64,000 bases of DNA from Lingula anatina. Lineage: Eukaryota; Animalia; Brachiopoda. The stretch's first letter is position 1. Every line of letters begins with the position of its first letter. The stretch lies in the NCBI GenBank assembly GCA_051362555.1, contig CM120644.1, positions 18,746,534 through 18,810,533 on the forward strand, in the 5' to 3' direction. A program made the translations under genes and the position numbers. The notes beneath the pieces are model-generated. The model was not told where the DNA came from. It made no database searches and was given only the letters and a program-made list of their open reading frames with translations. This document shows positions 49,170-60,747 of the stretch, in pieces.

Positions 49170-50214
49170 CGGACGGATTCTCATAACATAAAGCAATGTT
49201 CTTGAACAATTTTACTATATTACTAAGCTATGATTAACACATAACAATTTTCAGAACTAGAACATAATATAACAAGCTAAACAAGAATAAACAATATTAC
49301 AGTTAATCTTAAAAGTCATTTGTACATGAATGATTATAATGTCTTGAAGTTGATGGATGGTGCACACATGTATGTCAATAAATGCCACCTCGGGCAGTCA
49401 GGCCTATCGCCACATCCTCCTCCTCGCTTTAAAGTTAAATACATCCACATTGTCAAACAAATTATTGTTCACCTCAATAACATTCTCCCGCGGCACAGTT
49501 TCTCAAGAAAATCCAAGTCACACTGTCACCTCTATAGTTATGCATCAACGGATTCGGAGGCAAACGTCATTCAGTCACATACAAAATACCTCTCTCCATT
49601 GGGAATCCATACATGTTGTACACGGGTCCTTTTTCAAGAATATTTCTCATGTTTGAATCGTAGATCAATGACAAATCTCGCACCAGTACATGTATCGATG
49701 CCAGCTACAAGTATTTTTATTTTGTTTTCTGCATTGATATGGTATGTTATGGCCCATATAACGCATGTCTGGCAGGGAGCAATTGAGTATATCCTTGGAC
49801 TTTTTGAAAATTTTGATAGTGGGCAATGATTGTCTTAATTCCCTTGGTAGTTGGCATCAGTTAAAACCCCTTGTATGTGTACAGTACAAGTACTAGTAAC
49901 CTATGGCAAATGGCGGCCATCTTGGATTTTTTCAAAATGTCCAAAGAAATTGTGTGCTTTCTGACACATGCATTATATTGGTAATAAGGATGTAGAATAA
50001 ACATTGAGGAACAACTTTATTTGAAAAAAATCAATAGAGGAACGTACGTATAAATTTGAGAAAAATTCTTAAATTGGTAGTCATTTGTCAGAGGTAGAAT
50101 TTGCCAAAGGGCTACATCATTAGATTGATTTAGAATGTCAAAAGCTAACCACATGCAAAATTTATCTGCCGCGCCAAGATTTGGCTACTGTTTAACCCTA
50201 AGCCGACCCTCTAT
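49170..50214 (-). mobile_element. Possible Academ-like relic
   Basis: Terminus TAGAGGGTCGGC on -, a GGCGGCCATCTTGGATTT motif, and a degenerate Cys-rich tail (GGCGDRPDC) near 49370-49430. Weak. Confidence 0.3.
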
Positions 50215-50439
50215 AATTGTGAGAGTATACGCAGGATATTTATTGCAACACCATTCCCTGCATTTACAGTGGTGATGTTGTGCAGATACATGTTTCATTT
50301 GCTGCTTTCTGGTGATGCCATGTATGTATTTCACCTTGGCATCAAGCTTATTTGGTTTTGGAACCTTCAGATCCAGTGAAATTATGTTCTCATTTTTTGT
50401 TAGTGATAATTACGTACACCACAAAAAAGTAAAAATACA

Positions 50440-51348
50440 TTATATACTGATATTTAGACCAGTTTCATTATTTTTCATTCAACCTGGCCTAATAAAAATT
50501 CACAATTAATATGGATTAACATAGGATTTCCTATAGGTTCCTATAGAAATTCCTATAAGATTTCCTATAGCATCCTTTAGGAATTTTTTGATGGTCTGAA
50601 CATAAATTAAAAATCAAAATCATATACTGATATTTAAACCAGATTCATAATTTTTCATTCAACCTGGCCTTACAAAAATTACCTTTATGAATTGGCATAG
50701 GATTTCCTATAGGAATTCCTATAAGATTTCTTATAGGATCCAATAGGAATTTTTGTAATGGTCTGAACATAAATTAAAAATCACAATCATATACTGATAT
50801 TTAAACCAGATTCATTATTTTTCATTCAACCTGGCTTATAAAAATTCCCTAAATGAATTATATTAGCATAGGATTTCCTATAGGTTCCTATAGAAATTCC
50901 TATAAGATTTTTGTAATGGTCTGAACATGAATTTAAAAAAAATCAGCTTCAATGATTTGGTACAAAAACATTCCTAATGATAAAATATTTCTCTATAAAA
51001 GATTACTTGAAAATGATCAATTTTTTTCAAAAATTCTTTAAAAAAGAAATAAAAGAATTTCTATAGAATCCTATAGAAGACTATAAGATTGTGCATTATA
51101 AACAATAAAAAGCATTTTTGCTTTAATAGTGATATATAATTGACAATTCAACTGATAAAATGGACCTATATCAAATATCTATTGTTTAGAATGATATATG
51201 TTTATAAGATATGCATTTTTCTCAAGATTTTAACTTACAACAATTTCCTATAGGATCCTATAGGAAATGTGCCCTATAGGATCCTATAAGATTTCCTATA
51301 GGATCCTATAGGAATCCTATAGGATCCTATAGGAAATTTTCGTAAGGG
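50440..51348. repeat. About 180-bp tandem units rich in CCTATAGG palindromes, ending ...TTTTCGTAAGGG (CMC/EnSpm-like subterminal region)
   Basis: Three units at 50440-50930 and dense CCTATAGG arrays at 51246-51335. Confidence 0.6.
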
Positions 51349-51499
51349 TCGCCATGCTGCGGAGAAAACGCTTCTGTTGCTTTCACTTGACCTTGACTTT
51401 TTTTTCTCTTCTGGAGCGGGCAATTTGCAATGTTCCGATTGGTCAAAAAGTCACGAGATACCACAATCACATTATAACGTAACACATTATAACGTAACA

Positions 51500-51977
51500 A
51501 TGGGAGTGACTGACCTGATGAGAAAATTATAATGTGACCATATGGGAGTGACTGACCTGATGAGAAATTATAATGTGACCATATGGAAGTGACTGACCTG
51601 AAAAGAAATTATAATGTGACCACATGGAAGTGGATGGCCTGATGAGAAAATTATAATGTGACCATATAGGAGTGAATGGCCTGATGAGAAAATTCTAATG
51701 TGACCATATGAGAGCGAATGACCTGATGAGAAAATTATAATGTGACCATATGGGAGTGACTGACCTGATGAGAAATTATAATGTGACCATATGGGAGTGA
51801 ATAACCTTATGAGAAATTATAACATGACCATATGGGAGTGAATGACCTTATGAGAAAATTATAACATGACCATATGGAAGTGACTGACCTAACGAGAAAA
51901 TTATAATGTGACCATATGGGAGTGAAAGACCTAACTAGAAAATTATAACATGACCATATGGGAATGGCTATGACCTA
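51500..51977. repeat. 39-41-bp minisatellite, about 12 copies
   Basis: Consensus ATGGGAGTGACTGACCTGATGAGAAAATTATAATGTGACCAT. Confidence 0.92.
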
Positions 51978-52827
51978 AAAAAATAATAATAATTTAATGG
52001 AAGTAAAGTGCGAAAAACTGATAAACTAAAATACCTCCTTGTCTTAGAGCTCAGAGGGTTTTCAATTTCTCTAAAACATCGTTAAAAATTATTGATAGCT
52101 AACCAAACGCAAGGAAGCGCCCGAACACACACATCTAAATCGTTCTAACTAGACCAAACAACAAAGGAAAATTTACTGAAAGAGTTCACCAACTTAATTA
52201 CCAAAAAATGCACTCCACTGATTTAAAAGAAAATTATATAGACGGTTTCCCACCCCCCAAGAACGAACTGCATTTTAGTGTTTACTGCCGGGTTGAGTCG
52301 GTCATTCTGGCTATTCTCAGGGCTATTCAGTCAAAGACGATGAGATCACCGAACCGCTCTCCGACTGAAGCGTCGCTCTATTTATAGTTTTTTTGGACGT
52401 CGTCAAGGATTGCGTCATTGCGTGACCTTTGCACGCGTAGCAACCGACAAAAGAAAATGGCTGCGCCCAGACAAGGAAGCTGCGAGCTTCGTTCACCAAC
52501 TATGTACCGGTACGATCCCGGATTATTACACTACCCCCTCCCAAGAAAAAATGATTCTCCCGAATCACAGGTATGAACCCAAGGATGAACCATACCGGGT
52601 AACATTTCAACAAGTATTTAATTATTAACAACAATTATAATCTTATTCCTTCTTACTTGAAATCCACCCCCAGTAGAAAGTCCAACGAAGTATTCAGTCT
52701 TTGATATCCACCCCCCGATAAAAGTCCAATGATGTATTCAGTCTTTGAAATCCACCCCCCCCCTCCACCCCCCCGATAAAAGTCCAATGAAGTGTTCAGT
52801 CTTTGAAATCCACCCCCCGATAAAAGT

Positions 52828-53298
52828 TCAAAATTTGTAGTTCCTTTTTATGTAGATGTTCCCCTCCTTGTCCTCATTCACGGTTTCCTCTATCTCTTTC
52901 ACTCTTGGAAGGAGGTCCACCGGTAGAGAGTGTCTGCTTCCTTTCCTCATATTCTCAACAATGGGCTTGATGGGCATTTGTGCCGACTCTTTCGGGGTCT
53001 CGGCTACCTTCAACTCTTCTGTGGAAACTGGGGCGCATGTAGATTCTGGCTGTATTTTCTTCGGGGACTCTGGAAAGAGTACCCTGCTTAGAGGTTCAAT
53101 CAACCCCTCTTCTTCACTTGGCTGGACTAGTAACTGAACAGCTTCCTCTGCCATCTTCAGTGACCTAGGCGACAGGGCCCACGCCTTTCTCACATCTCCA
53201 ATTCTTGTTCTACTTATCTTTGTACAGTATTTCCTCTCATGCCTCCTGAGGTTTGAGGGAGCTTGAAAGTGCTTCTTGCAATGACGGCACCTGCTCAT
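52828..53298 (-). CDS. C2H2 zinc-finger accessory ORF of Gypsy C
   Basis: MSRCRHCKKHFQAPSNLRRHERKYC, followed by a Pro/Glu-rich region. Starts 33 nt after the pol stop; open for 156 aa. Confidence 0.65.
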   Translation of the reverse strand: MSRCRHCKKHFQAPSNLRRHERKYCTKISRTRIGDVRKAWALSPRSLKMAEEAVQLLVQPSEEEGLIEPLSRVLFPESPKKIQPESTCAPVSTEELKVAETPKESAQMPIKPIVENMRKGSRHSLPVDLLPRVKEIEETVNEDKEGNIYIKRNYKF

Positions 53299-53330
53299 AT
53301 AGTATTGATTATGGAAAAAAAATTTTTTTT

Positions 53331-55243
53331 TTAATAATCATAACAGGGCTTTAACTGGTCGAAATGTGCGGTCTTGACCTTCGCATGCGTACCCTTGGAG
53401 ATCTGATGAACTAACTCGACTGGGGAGCCCACAACTGTGAACGGCCCTTGCCATTTAGGTTGCAGTTTTGGACTGAGGCCCTTCTTTTTGTTGTTAATTT
53501 TCTGCCACACTCGGTCACCAATTCGATATGGTTCCCCATGAACTAAACGGTCATAGCTTATTTTCTGACGTATCGCACTTTTCGTAATGGCCTCCCGAGC
53601 ACGAATACAGTTACTACTGTTACCCGGTACTACTGTGAACTGAACTGCGATAAGCACATAAGGTAACTTCATGTCCCAGTCGCGCTGTCGTGCACTAGGT
53701 TCAAGTAATTTGGTTAAACATCGGGTCAAGGTCCGGTTGAACGGCTCAACCCTCCTTTTTTTTTTGTTGTTCTGGTTCTTCTTCTTTTTAAACAAGTTCA
53801 TGCCAGTATCCCAGGTATGTTGTTGTGGCGTTGGAACGAGGCACCACGTCTTCAGAGGTTGGCTTTTTACCAATCTCTAGGGCTTCTATTACAGGTCGTA
53901 CGTCTGGATCTTGCTTCTGAAGCTCTTTGGTTTCTGTTAGGCTAACTGTGGGGTCAATCTTTATGGTGCGGACAAAGGCTGGCTTGGAATGGACCCACTC
54001 TGCTTTCACCCACCTCTTCTTCAGCGTAGAACCTTGTTGTTCTGGTTCTTCGTGACGGGCACATTGTTGGCAAGGGTGTCTGGACATAGCATCGGCATTG
54101 TTGTGGCTTCTGCCCGCTCTATGTGCGAGAATTGGCTGATACTCCTCCACTACTTGCATCCATCTGGCCAATTGTCCTTCCGCGTCTTTCATTCTTAGTA
54201 ACCACATGACAGCAGCGTGTTCAGTACGGATCGTGAAGTCTCGGCTGTACAAATATTGACGAAAATGTTTCATAAAATACACGGCAGAGAAAAATTCTTT
54301 TCTAGTAACACAGTAATTGCGCTCTGCTTTTCCCAAGGCCTTACTTGCATACGCAATAACCTTCTCCTTTCCCCCTTGTATCTGAGAGAGTACAGCTCCT
54401 ATTCCGAAATTACTCGCATCTGTGTCCAAAATGAACCTTCCCTCTGCCGTGGGATATGCCAGTATTGGCGCCTGTATTAATCTTCTCTTCAAGTCCTCAA
54501 AAGCCGCTTGACATTCCTCAGTCCAACAGAATTGTTTTCCTTTTTCAGTAAGTTGATGAAGAGGACGGGCAATCTTAGCAAACTCTAGAATAAACCTTCG
54601 ATAATACGACGCCAATCCCAGAAAACTTCTCACTTCTGTAACTGTCTGGGGTACCGTCCAATCTTTGACTGCTTGAATCTTGTCGGGATCTGTCCTGATT
54701 CCTTCTGCTGACACTATATGGCCAAGGTAAGCCACTTCTTTTTGAAAGAAATGACACTTTTTAGGTTTAAGCTTTAGATTTGCTACTTGTAGTCTTCTGA
54801 ACCCCTCTCGAAGGCGCTCGAGTTCCTCTTCAAAGGTTTTCCCATATACAATGACATCATCTAAATATACTAGTAGCGTTTGCCAGTGTAACCCTGCCTA
54901 AATTCGTTCCATAAGTCGTTCGAAGGTCGCTGGAGCATTGCAAAGACCAAACAGCATAACCCTCGATTGATAAAGTCCACCGCGAACAGTGAATGCCAAC
55001 TTTTCTTTTGCTTTCTCATCAAGTTCCACTTGCCAATATCCACTAGCGAGGGCAGCCGTTGAGAACCATACCACCCCAGAGAGAGCATCTAAGGTGTCGT
55101 CTATGCGTGGCAGGGGATACGAGTCTTTCACAGTCACTGAATTCAGCTTACGATAGTCTACACAGAATTGGGTTGATCCATCTTTCTTCTTTACCAGTAC
55201 TATAGGTGATGCCCAAGGACTACTTGAAGGCTCGATTACTCGT
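53331..55243 (-). pseudogene. pol: pol relic of Gypsy C
   Basis: RT and RNase H motifs spread over several frames; most of the integrase core is missing. Confidence 0.88.
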
Positions 55244-55435
55244 TGTATAACAACTGCACATCGTGTGCTACAGTTTCTTTTATTACTCTTCTGACTTCGG
55301 CACCGATGTTGTCCATCACATATAGTGCTAGATATCTAATCTGAAACATATATCAATATTTCTTGAAATATATAATCAATTTTTCAGTCTTAAATAAAAC
55401 AACGGATCCTTTTACATGTAAAGAAAAATATTCCT

Positions 55436-56472
55436 TTAACATGTGATAAATAAACTTAAAATATCAACTACCACTACAAGATTCATCAGGAAATTCTTGA
55501 AGACAGCAATATCTATACTCTCATCTGCAACTATTGATATAAAGTTAGCAGCCTCCATCCTCTCATTGAAATATTTTCTTAACACCATATCTGCAGATGT
55601 GATCATTTCCTCAACCTGTGAAATTTCAAAGTAGGACCAGTTCAAATTAAATCATTATGTTAAAAAAGAGAATTTAGTATTTGGATCAGTTGTCAACAAG
55701 GAAAATCCGAATGACTGTTGACTGTGATAACTTATTATTTTTATACAGATAGTTGAAGTAGGCCTACATTTAGATCCCTGCAATAAAGCTAAAATACCCT
55801 AATAGTAATAAGTATCTTTGAGCGTTCTTTAAAAATGAACAGTAATTTAAACTGGTCCTTCAACTTACCAGTACTAAGATATATTTATCATTTGCAACAA
55901 ACAGAATGCATAATAAAATTTAATTCAGAAATTGCTTAACCAAATCTTAACAGGACCGGCATCAATTTTACCATTTTGAATCGCTTTGAATGAAGTGCTA
56001 CTTTTTATTGTTTTTTTTATTATTATTATTTTTTTGTCTTTTTTTATATATGCATTGTTACAGTACTTATAGTTTCATGATGTCTGTAAAGAGCAGACCC
56101 AATCTGCATACCGTTGCATTCTTGAAGCTCCATTAATGATCCAAATTTGCTAATGGGTAAATCTTCCTTAATAATCCAATAAATAGTTCGCAGTTGGACG
56201 CTTAAGTTATCAGTTATTATTTTTTCCGCATTAGTTAATGCCTTTTTGAATGTGGCAGCTTGCTGTTGTGCACAATTCCTATGTTGCTGAGGGGCCTTGT
56301 GCCGCTTGAGACTACTGCGTTGAAAATCCAAGCAATCACTTGTGTATGTGTTTTTGGATTTGCCTGCCCGGCAAACGGCACAAAACATTTTGTTTTCAAA
56401 AATCAACCACTTGAATTCATTCAACCATGTAGGGATAAATGATCTGACTCTTCTGCAACACACATGGACCAC
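55436..56472 (-). pseudogene. ZNF862-like hAT transposase N-terminal fragments
   Basis: RSFIPTWLNEFKWL..MFCAVC..DFQRSSLKRH, LRTIYWIIKEDLPISKF, FISIVADESIDIA. Confidence 0.78.
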
Positions 56473-57199
56473 TTGCTGTCACCGCCACGACTGTATAAAC
56501 CATGTGACTAGTATACCTTAAAGTTTCAGATCAATTGACCTCGATTACACATAGAGGATTTCACTGAAGCGAAACTAAAGCAAGGTCTACTCTTGAATTG
56601 ACAAAATGAAACCATTGATGATTCGTCCCTAGTTTTATTGGTTCGTACTACCAGATCACTATCAAACTCATAAGCCCAATTTGTCAAAATACCTATGTGT
56701 AATTTATTATGCCTTCTTAACTAAAAAAAACTTGCGTCCCCCGGGACGCATCGCCGTGCTCTTTTTTTTCCCTGTCGGCCAGACTTCTATCAAATGTCAT
56801 AAGGTCATGATCTGTTTTTAAAGGGAATATTCCAGCAGGGAGTTCCACTTGGTGTTGATCAATGCTTCTGGGAATGGTCTTTTTCATAATTTAATTGTGA
56901 CATAGCCCTTCTTATCTGCCTCTGTTCCACTTTTATTTCCTCTATTGTTTGAAAAATGTTTTCTAAATGTATTGAAAGGCATTATATTTCACTATAAATA
57001 TATGTGCACATCCACAGTACTGGGTAACAACAATAGGTCATGGGCATCAACATGGCGCCTGATTTATTATCATGCTTTCCACTAAAATATTCATCGTATT
57101 TTGCTTTACATAAATAAATTTTAGAAAATTTAACATTACATTATCAGGGAAGGGTACACTTAACAAAGTTAGAAAGATTCCATCCAGATTCAGGGACTA

Positions 57200-57875
57200 A
57201 AGAACGATGCAGAGTTGACCACATTGTAAACGTCTCTGTGGACACTGGCGACACTCTCTACCAGCAATAGCTCACGCGTTTGGTTCATGAACACACCAAC
57301 CCAGTCACTTATACTTTTTGGCACTTTTACGGCTAACGGGCAGCGGGATCGTAGGGGAATGCTGAGGCTTTAATCCAATTTGTGAACATCATGACAGCAG
57401 TAAACCCCACAGACCTGGCACCTGTGACTGTTAAATCTGAAAGAGCAAGGTTAATCTCCCAGAGACCCGTCTGTCCCATGGGAAGTTTCCAGTCTCGCCT
57501 TGCGTGGTTTCCTAAGGGAGCACCTTAATCGAGGGTTGGACATCCTTCACCATTACTGTCTCTTTTCGCTTTCCAGTAGATAAATACAAAAGGGACATGT
57601 CTGGTGGACTGAACTGAAACAAAATAGGACTAAACTCTGCCCCGACACTCATGGGAGAACTCTGCAAACTCGGGCTGGCATTTCCCTTCAGCTCCGAGCT
57701 GTCGACAGCACCTTCTACATGACATCTTGGACGCGGCCGGCCTTCCACCCAAAATTGTCCATGCCGCAGTGGCTTCCTCTGCAACAAGGGATCCCACGAT
57801 CTGTCAGCCACCACTTGTCCTCTGGAATGCGTAACAGTGAATGCAGTTACGGGATTGAGCTAAGAAACAGTGCTT
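57200..57875 (-). repeat. Isolated diverged copy of the internal part of the Gypsy B LTR
   Basis: Aligns by eye with 58850-59530 (GTGGACAC..GGCGACACTCTC, CCCGTCTGTCCCATGGGAAGTT, TGAATGCAGTTAC). Confidence 0.8.
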
Positions 57876-58201
57876 TTTGGAGTTGTTGTCAACCGGACAA
57901 GTTGACAAAAATTTTGGTTGTCCGGTTTGTGATTTCCACTTGCCCGATGTCCAGGGAGAGGGAATATTACAACAGGAGTCTGACGTTTTATGTCTTATGT
58001 TTATTTCTCTCCCATACTGTTCATCTCTCTTTTGTCTATCTTATACACTTTTCCCCAATGGGCTTAATTCAAGCAATTTACTTTTATTCTTTTCCATGCA
58101 TATGCTTAACTAAATGGCTAAACATTAGATTAAATTAAACTGCTAATAATATTACTCTGATTACAGAGTTTCATGACATAATGAAGTGTGATTCATGATA
58201 T

Positions 58202-60044
58202 TGTAACGCGCGAGGTTGCCGCGTCGGCGCACGACCCCGGACGCGATGTGGGAATATGATGTTGAAACAGGGAAAGTATATCCCAGTCCTTCGAAATTAA
58301 CAACAAAGGCATATGGTTACAGTTCAAATATTATTATACACCAATTTGCTTTCAATAAAAGAGATATTTCAAGAGATATATACAAGGCCTAAAGCCATAG
58401 AGTTTGTAATAAAATCGAGCAACGTTTTTCATGGTATGGTAGCGTAGCGCATATCAGCATCTTTCTTCATGGTAGCGTAGCGCAAATCAGCTTCTATCTT
58501 CATGGTAGAAACGACGACCGTTGAACGCCGTAGAGTCATCTAGGGGATGGCGACGATATCTTACGCCTGGGGACGGCATAACAACGACCGTTGAACGCAG
58601 CGGCGTCATCTAGGGGATGGCGACGACATCTTACGCCTGGGGACGGTATAACGACGACCATTGAACGCGGCGGCGTCATCTAGGGGATGGTGACGACATC
58701 TTCATGGTAGAAACGACGACCGTTGAATGCGGCGGCGTCATCTAGGGGATGGCGACGATATCTTACGCCTGGGGACAGCATAACGACGACCTGAATGGGA
58801 TTCACAGACTGTACCCTCGGTCTGTGAACCTGGTTCTACGACTCGACTCTGAAGTGGACACGGCGACACTCTCCACCAGCAAAATCTCACGGGTACGGTT
58901 CATGCACACAACAACTCAGTCCTGGCACTTTTTCCACCCACGGGCGGCGAGATCGTAGGGGAACGCTGAGGCCTTCAGTTCAATCAGTGAACATCTTGGC
59001 GGCAGTAAACCCCGCGGACCCAGAACCTGTGACTGTTAGCTCTGAAAGAGCAAGGTTAATCTTCCGTGGCGCATTTCCTGCATTATCTACGCCCTGGACC
59101 CGTCTGTCCCATGGGAAGTTCCCAGTCTCGCCTCGGCGGGAGCGGAGGTTTCCTAGGGGAGCACCGTGATCGAGGGTTAGGACGTCCTTCACCATTACTG
59201 TCTCTTTTCGCTTTCCGGTAGCTGCATGCAAAGGGACACGTCTGGCGGACCGAACTAAAACAAAATAAGAACATAACACTGCCCCGATCATACATGGGGG
59301 AACACTGCGCACTTGGGCTGGCATTTTCCCTTCAGCTCCGAGCTGTCGACGACGCCTCCTACATGACGTCTTGGACCCGATCAGCCTTTCACCCAAAATC
59401 GTCCATGCCGCAGCGGCTTCCTTGGCCAGGATCCTAAACATCTGCAACCAAGGGATCCCATGATCTGACAGCCACCACTTGTCCTCCGGAGCGCGTCACG
59501 GTGAATGCAGTTACAGGATTGCGTTAAGAAACTCACTAAAAACTAACGGTACATGTAGCTGACATAACTGTCAGCCAAAATACTACAAAAAAAAATAGAC
59601 TAATCTTCGAAAAGAAAATTCTTCACAATTTTTCCCGACTATGTCGGGTAGCCCGAGGGCTACCCGCAGCCCGTTTCACTCACTTTTTGTCTCTCTCTTG
59701 TGCTTTATGACTGTCACTCTAAGATACTTTCTTTCTTCCCCGCTTCAACTTGAAGAACTTGAAAGACGCCGCTAACGATCAGCTGAGCGGTTATTTATAG
59801 CGACCGTGACGTCATGACCGCAGGTCGCGCGGTCACACTTTCTGACGGCACGTCGACACGGTTGGAACGACGTTGTTGATTCTTTCCCGTACAGCAGTAC
59901 AAATCTAACGTTTCTTTCTTTGTTTAAAATCATGGGGTATTTGGCATCTTTTCGTCTTTAAACGGCTCTAGAACGGCAACTAAAGTTGGACTGGTAAATT
60001 TTTGTCGGCATCGGTGTAGAGCTATTGGAGCCCCGTTCGTTACA
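58202..60044 (-). repeat. Long 3' LTR of Gypsy B with internal tandem repeats (about 58430-58795)
   Basis: 7-bp inverted termini, adjacent PPT, and homology to the LTR at 47087-48169. Confidence 0.82.
59792..59814 (-). promoter_or_regulatory. LTR promoter: CRE (TGACGTCA) 7 bp upstream of TATAAATA
   Basis: Exactly conserved in the related LTR at 47965-47987 while the flanks diverge. Confidence 0.7.
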
Positions 60045-60165
60045 TTGCCCCCATCCTTTTAAAATTGATTCTCCCGAATCAAAATTAGTTTCTTCACAGG
60101 AACAACAGAAGCCAAAAAGAAAACGTTCAATTATTTAATAACATTCAGAATTTCATACAAAATTC

Positions 60166-60701
60166 TCAAAAGTGATACTCCTTTCGGAGTTCAAATCTCC
60201 CATCTGGGTACTTAATTCTTCTAACAATTATCAACCTCTTGGGTCTCAGAGGCTCTTCATCATCTGGATCGTCGTCTTCATCATCATCTTCTTCTTCATC
60301 TGTCCACTCTGTGGGAGGTGACTCTGGGGGATCTGAGAATTTGATGTTCTTCCCTCCAGGGGCTGGTCTTCTGTAAACTTTGGGTAGTATTGGATTTAAC
60401 TGCACGTCTTCTTTTTCCTCCTTCACTGCAGGTGGGTCTAGCGCAGGTGTTGACTCTTCTGGTGATTGTTCCAAAGATGCCTCCTCTTCCGGGCTGACCT
60501 TCACTACCAAGGGGCTATTGATGCGTGCAATTTGTACAGTGGGTAGAGGATGCCGCTTTTGCAGGTGTTTTTCCAGGTAGTCCTTGTCTATCAGTATCTT
60601 GTGGCACAGATTACAGAATGCATGGATTTCTTGCTCATGTTTCCTCTTCTTGTCTCTTTGAGTAAAAGAGGCCTGGCATAAACGACAGGTCAGCAAGGGC
60701 A
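60166..60701 (-). CDS. Two-C2H2-finger accessory ORF of Gypsy B (no in-frame ATG; probably a spliced exon)
   Basis: CRLCQASFTQRDKKRKHEQEIH and CNLCHKILIDKDYLEKHLQKRH, an acidic tract and a conserved C-terminal motif. Acceptor-like TTTTTGTCACGTTTCAG ends at 60702. Confidence 0.7.
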
Positions 60702-60747
60702 CTGAAACGTGACAAAAATAGAATTTATATTTTAATTGTACGTCCAC

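Larger units (their letters stand above)
52000..55243 (-). mobile_element. Truncated Gypsy element C: RT-RH, deleted integrase, zinc-finger ORF, PPT and 3' LTR (edge at 52530; far edge uncertain)
   Basis: WASPIVLV, DSYPLPRIDD, YLDD, DTDAS and PKWQGPF. PPT GGGAGGGGGTAG then TGTAATAA. TATAAATA near 52379-52386. A 44-bp tandem repeat at 52660-52826. Confidence 0.85.

Noticed and set aside
49320-49829. 169-aa plus-strand ORF as a gene
   Set aside because: No recognisable motif and a non-ATG start; more likely antisense to a decayed transposase.
51500-51977. CRISPR-like array
   Set aside because: Contiguous tandem units without unique spacers, no cas genes, eukaryotic context: a minisatellite.
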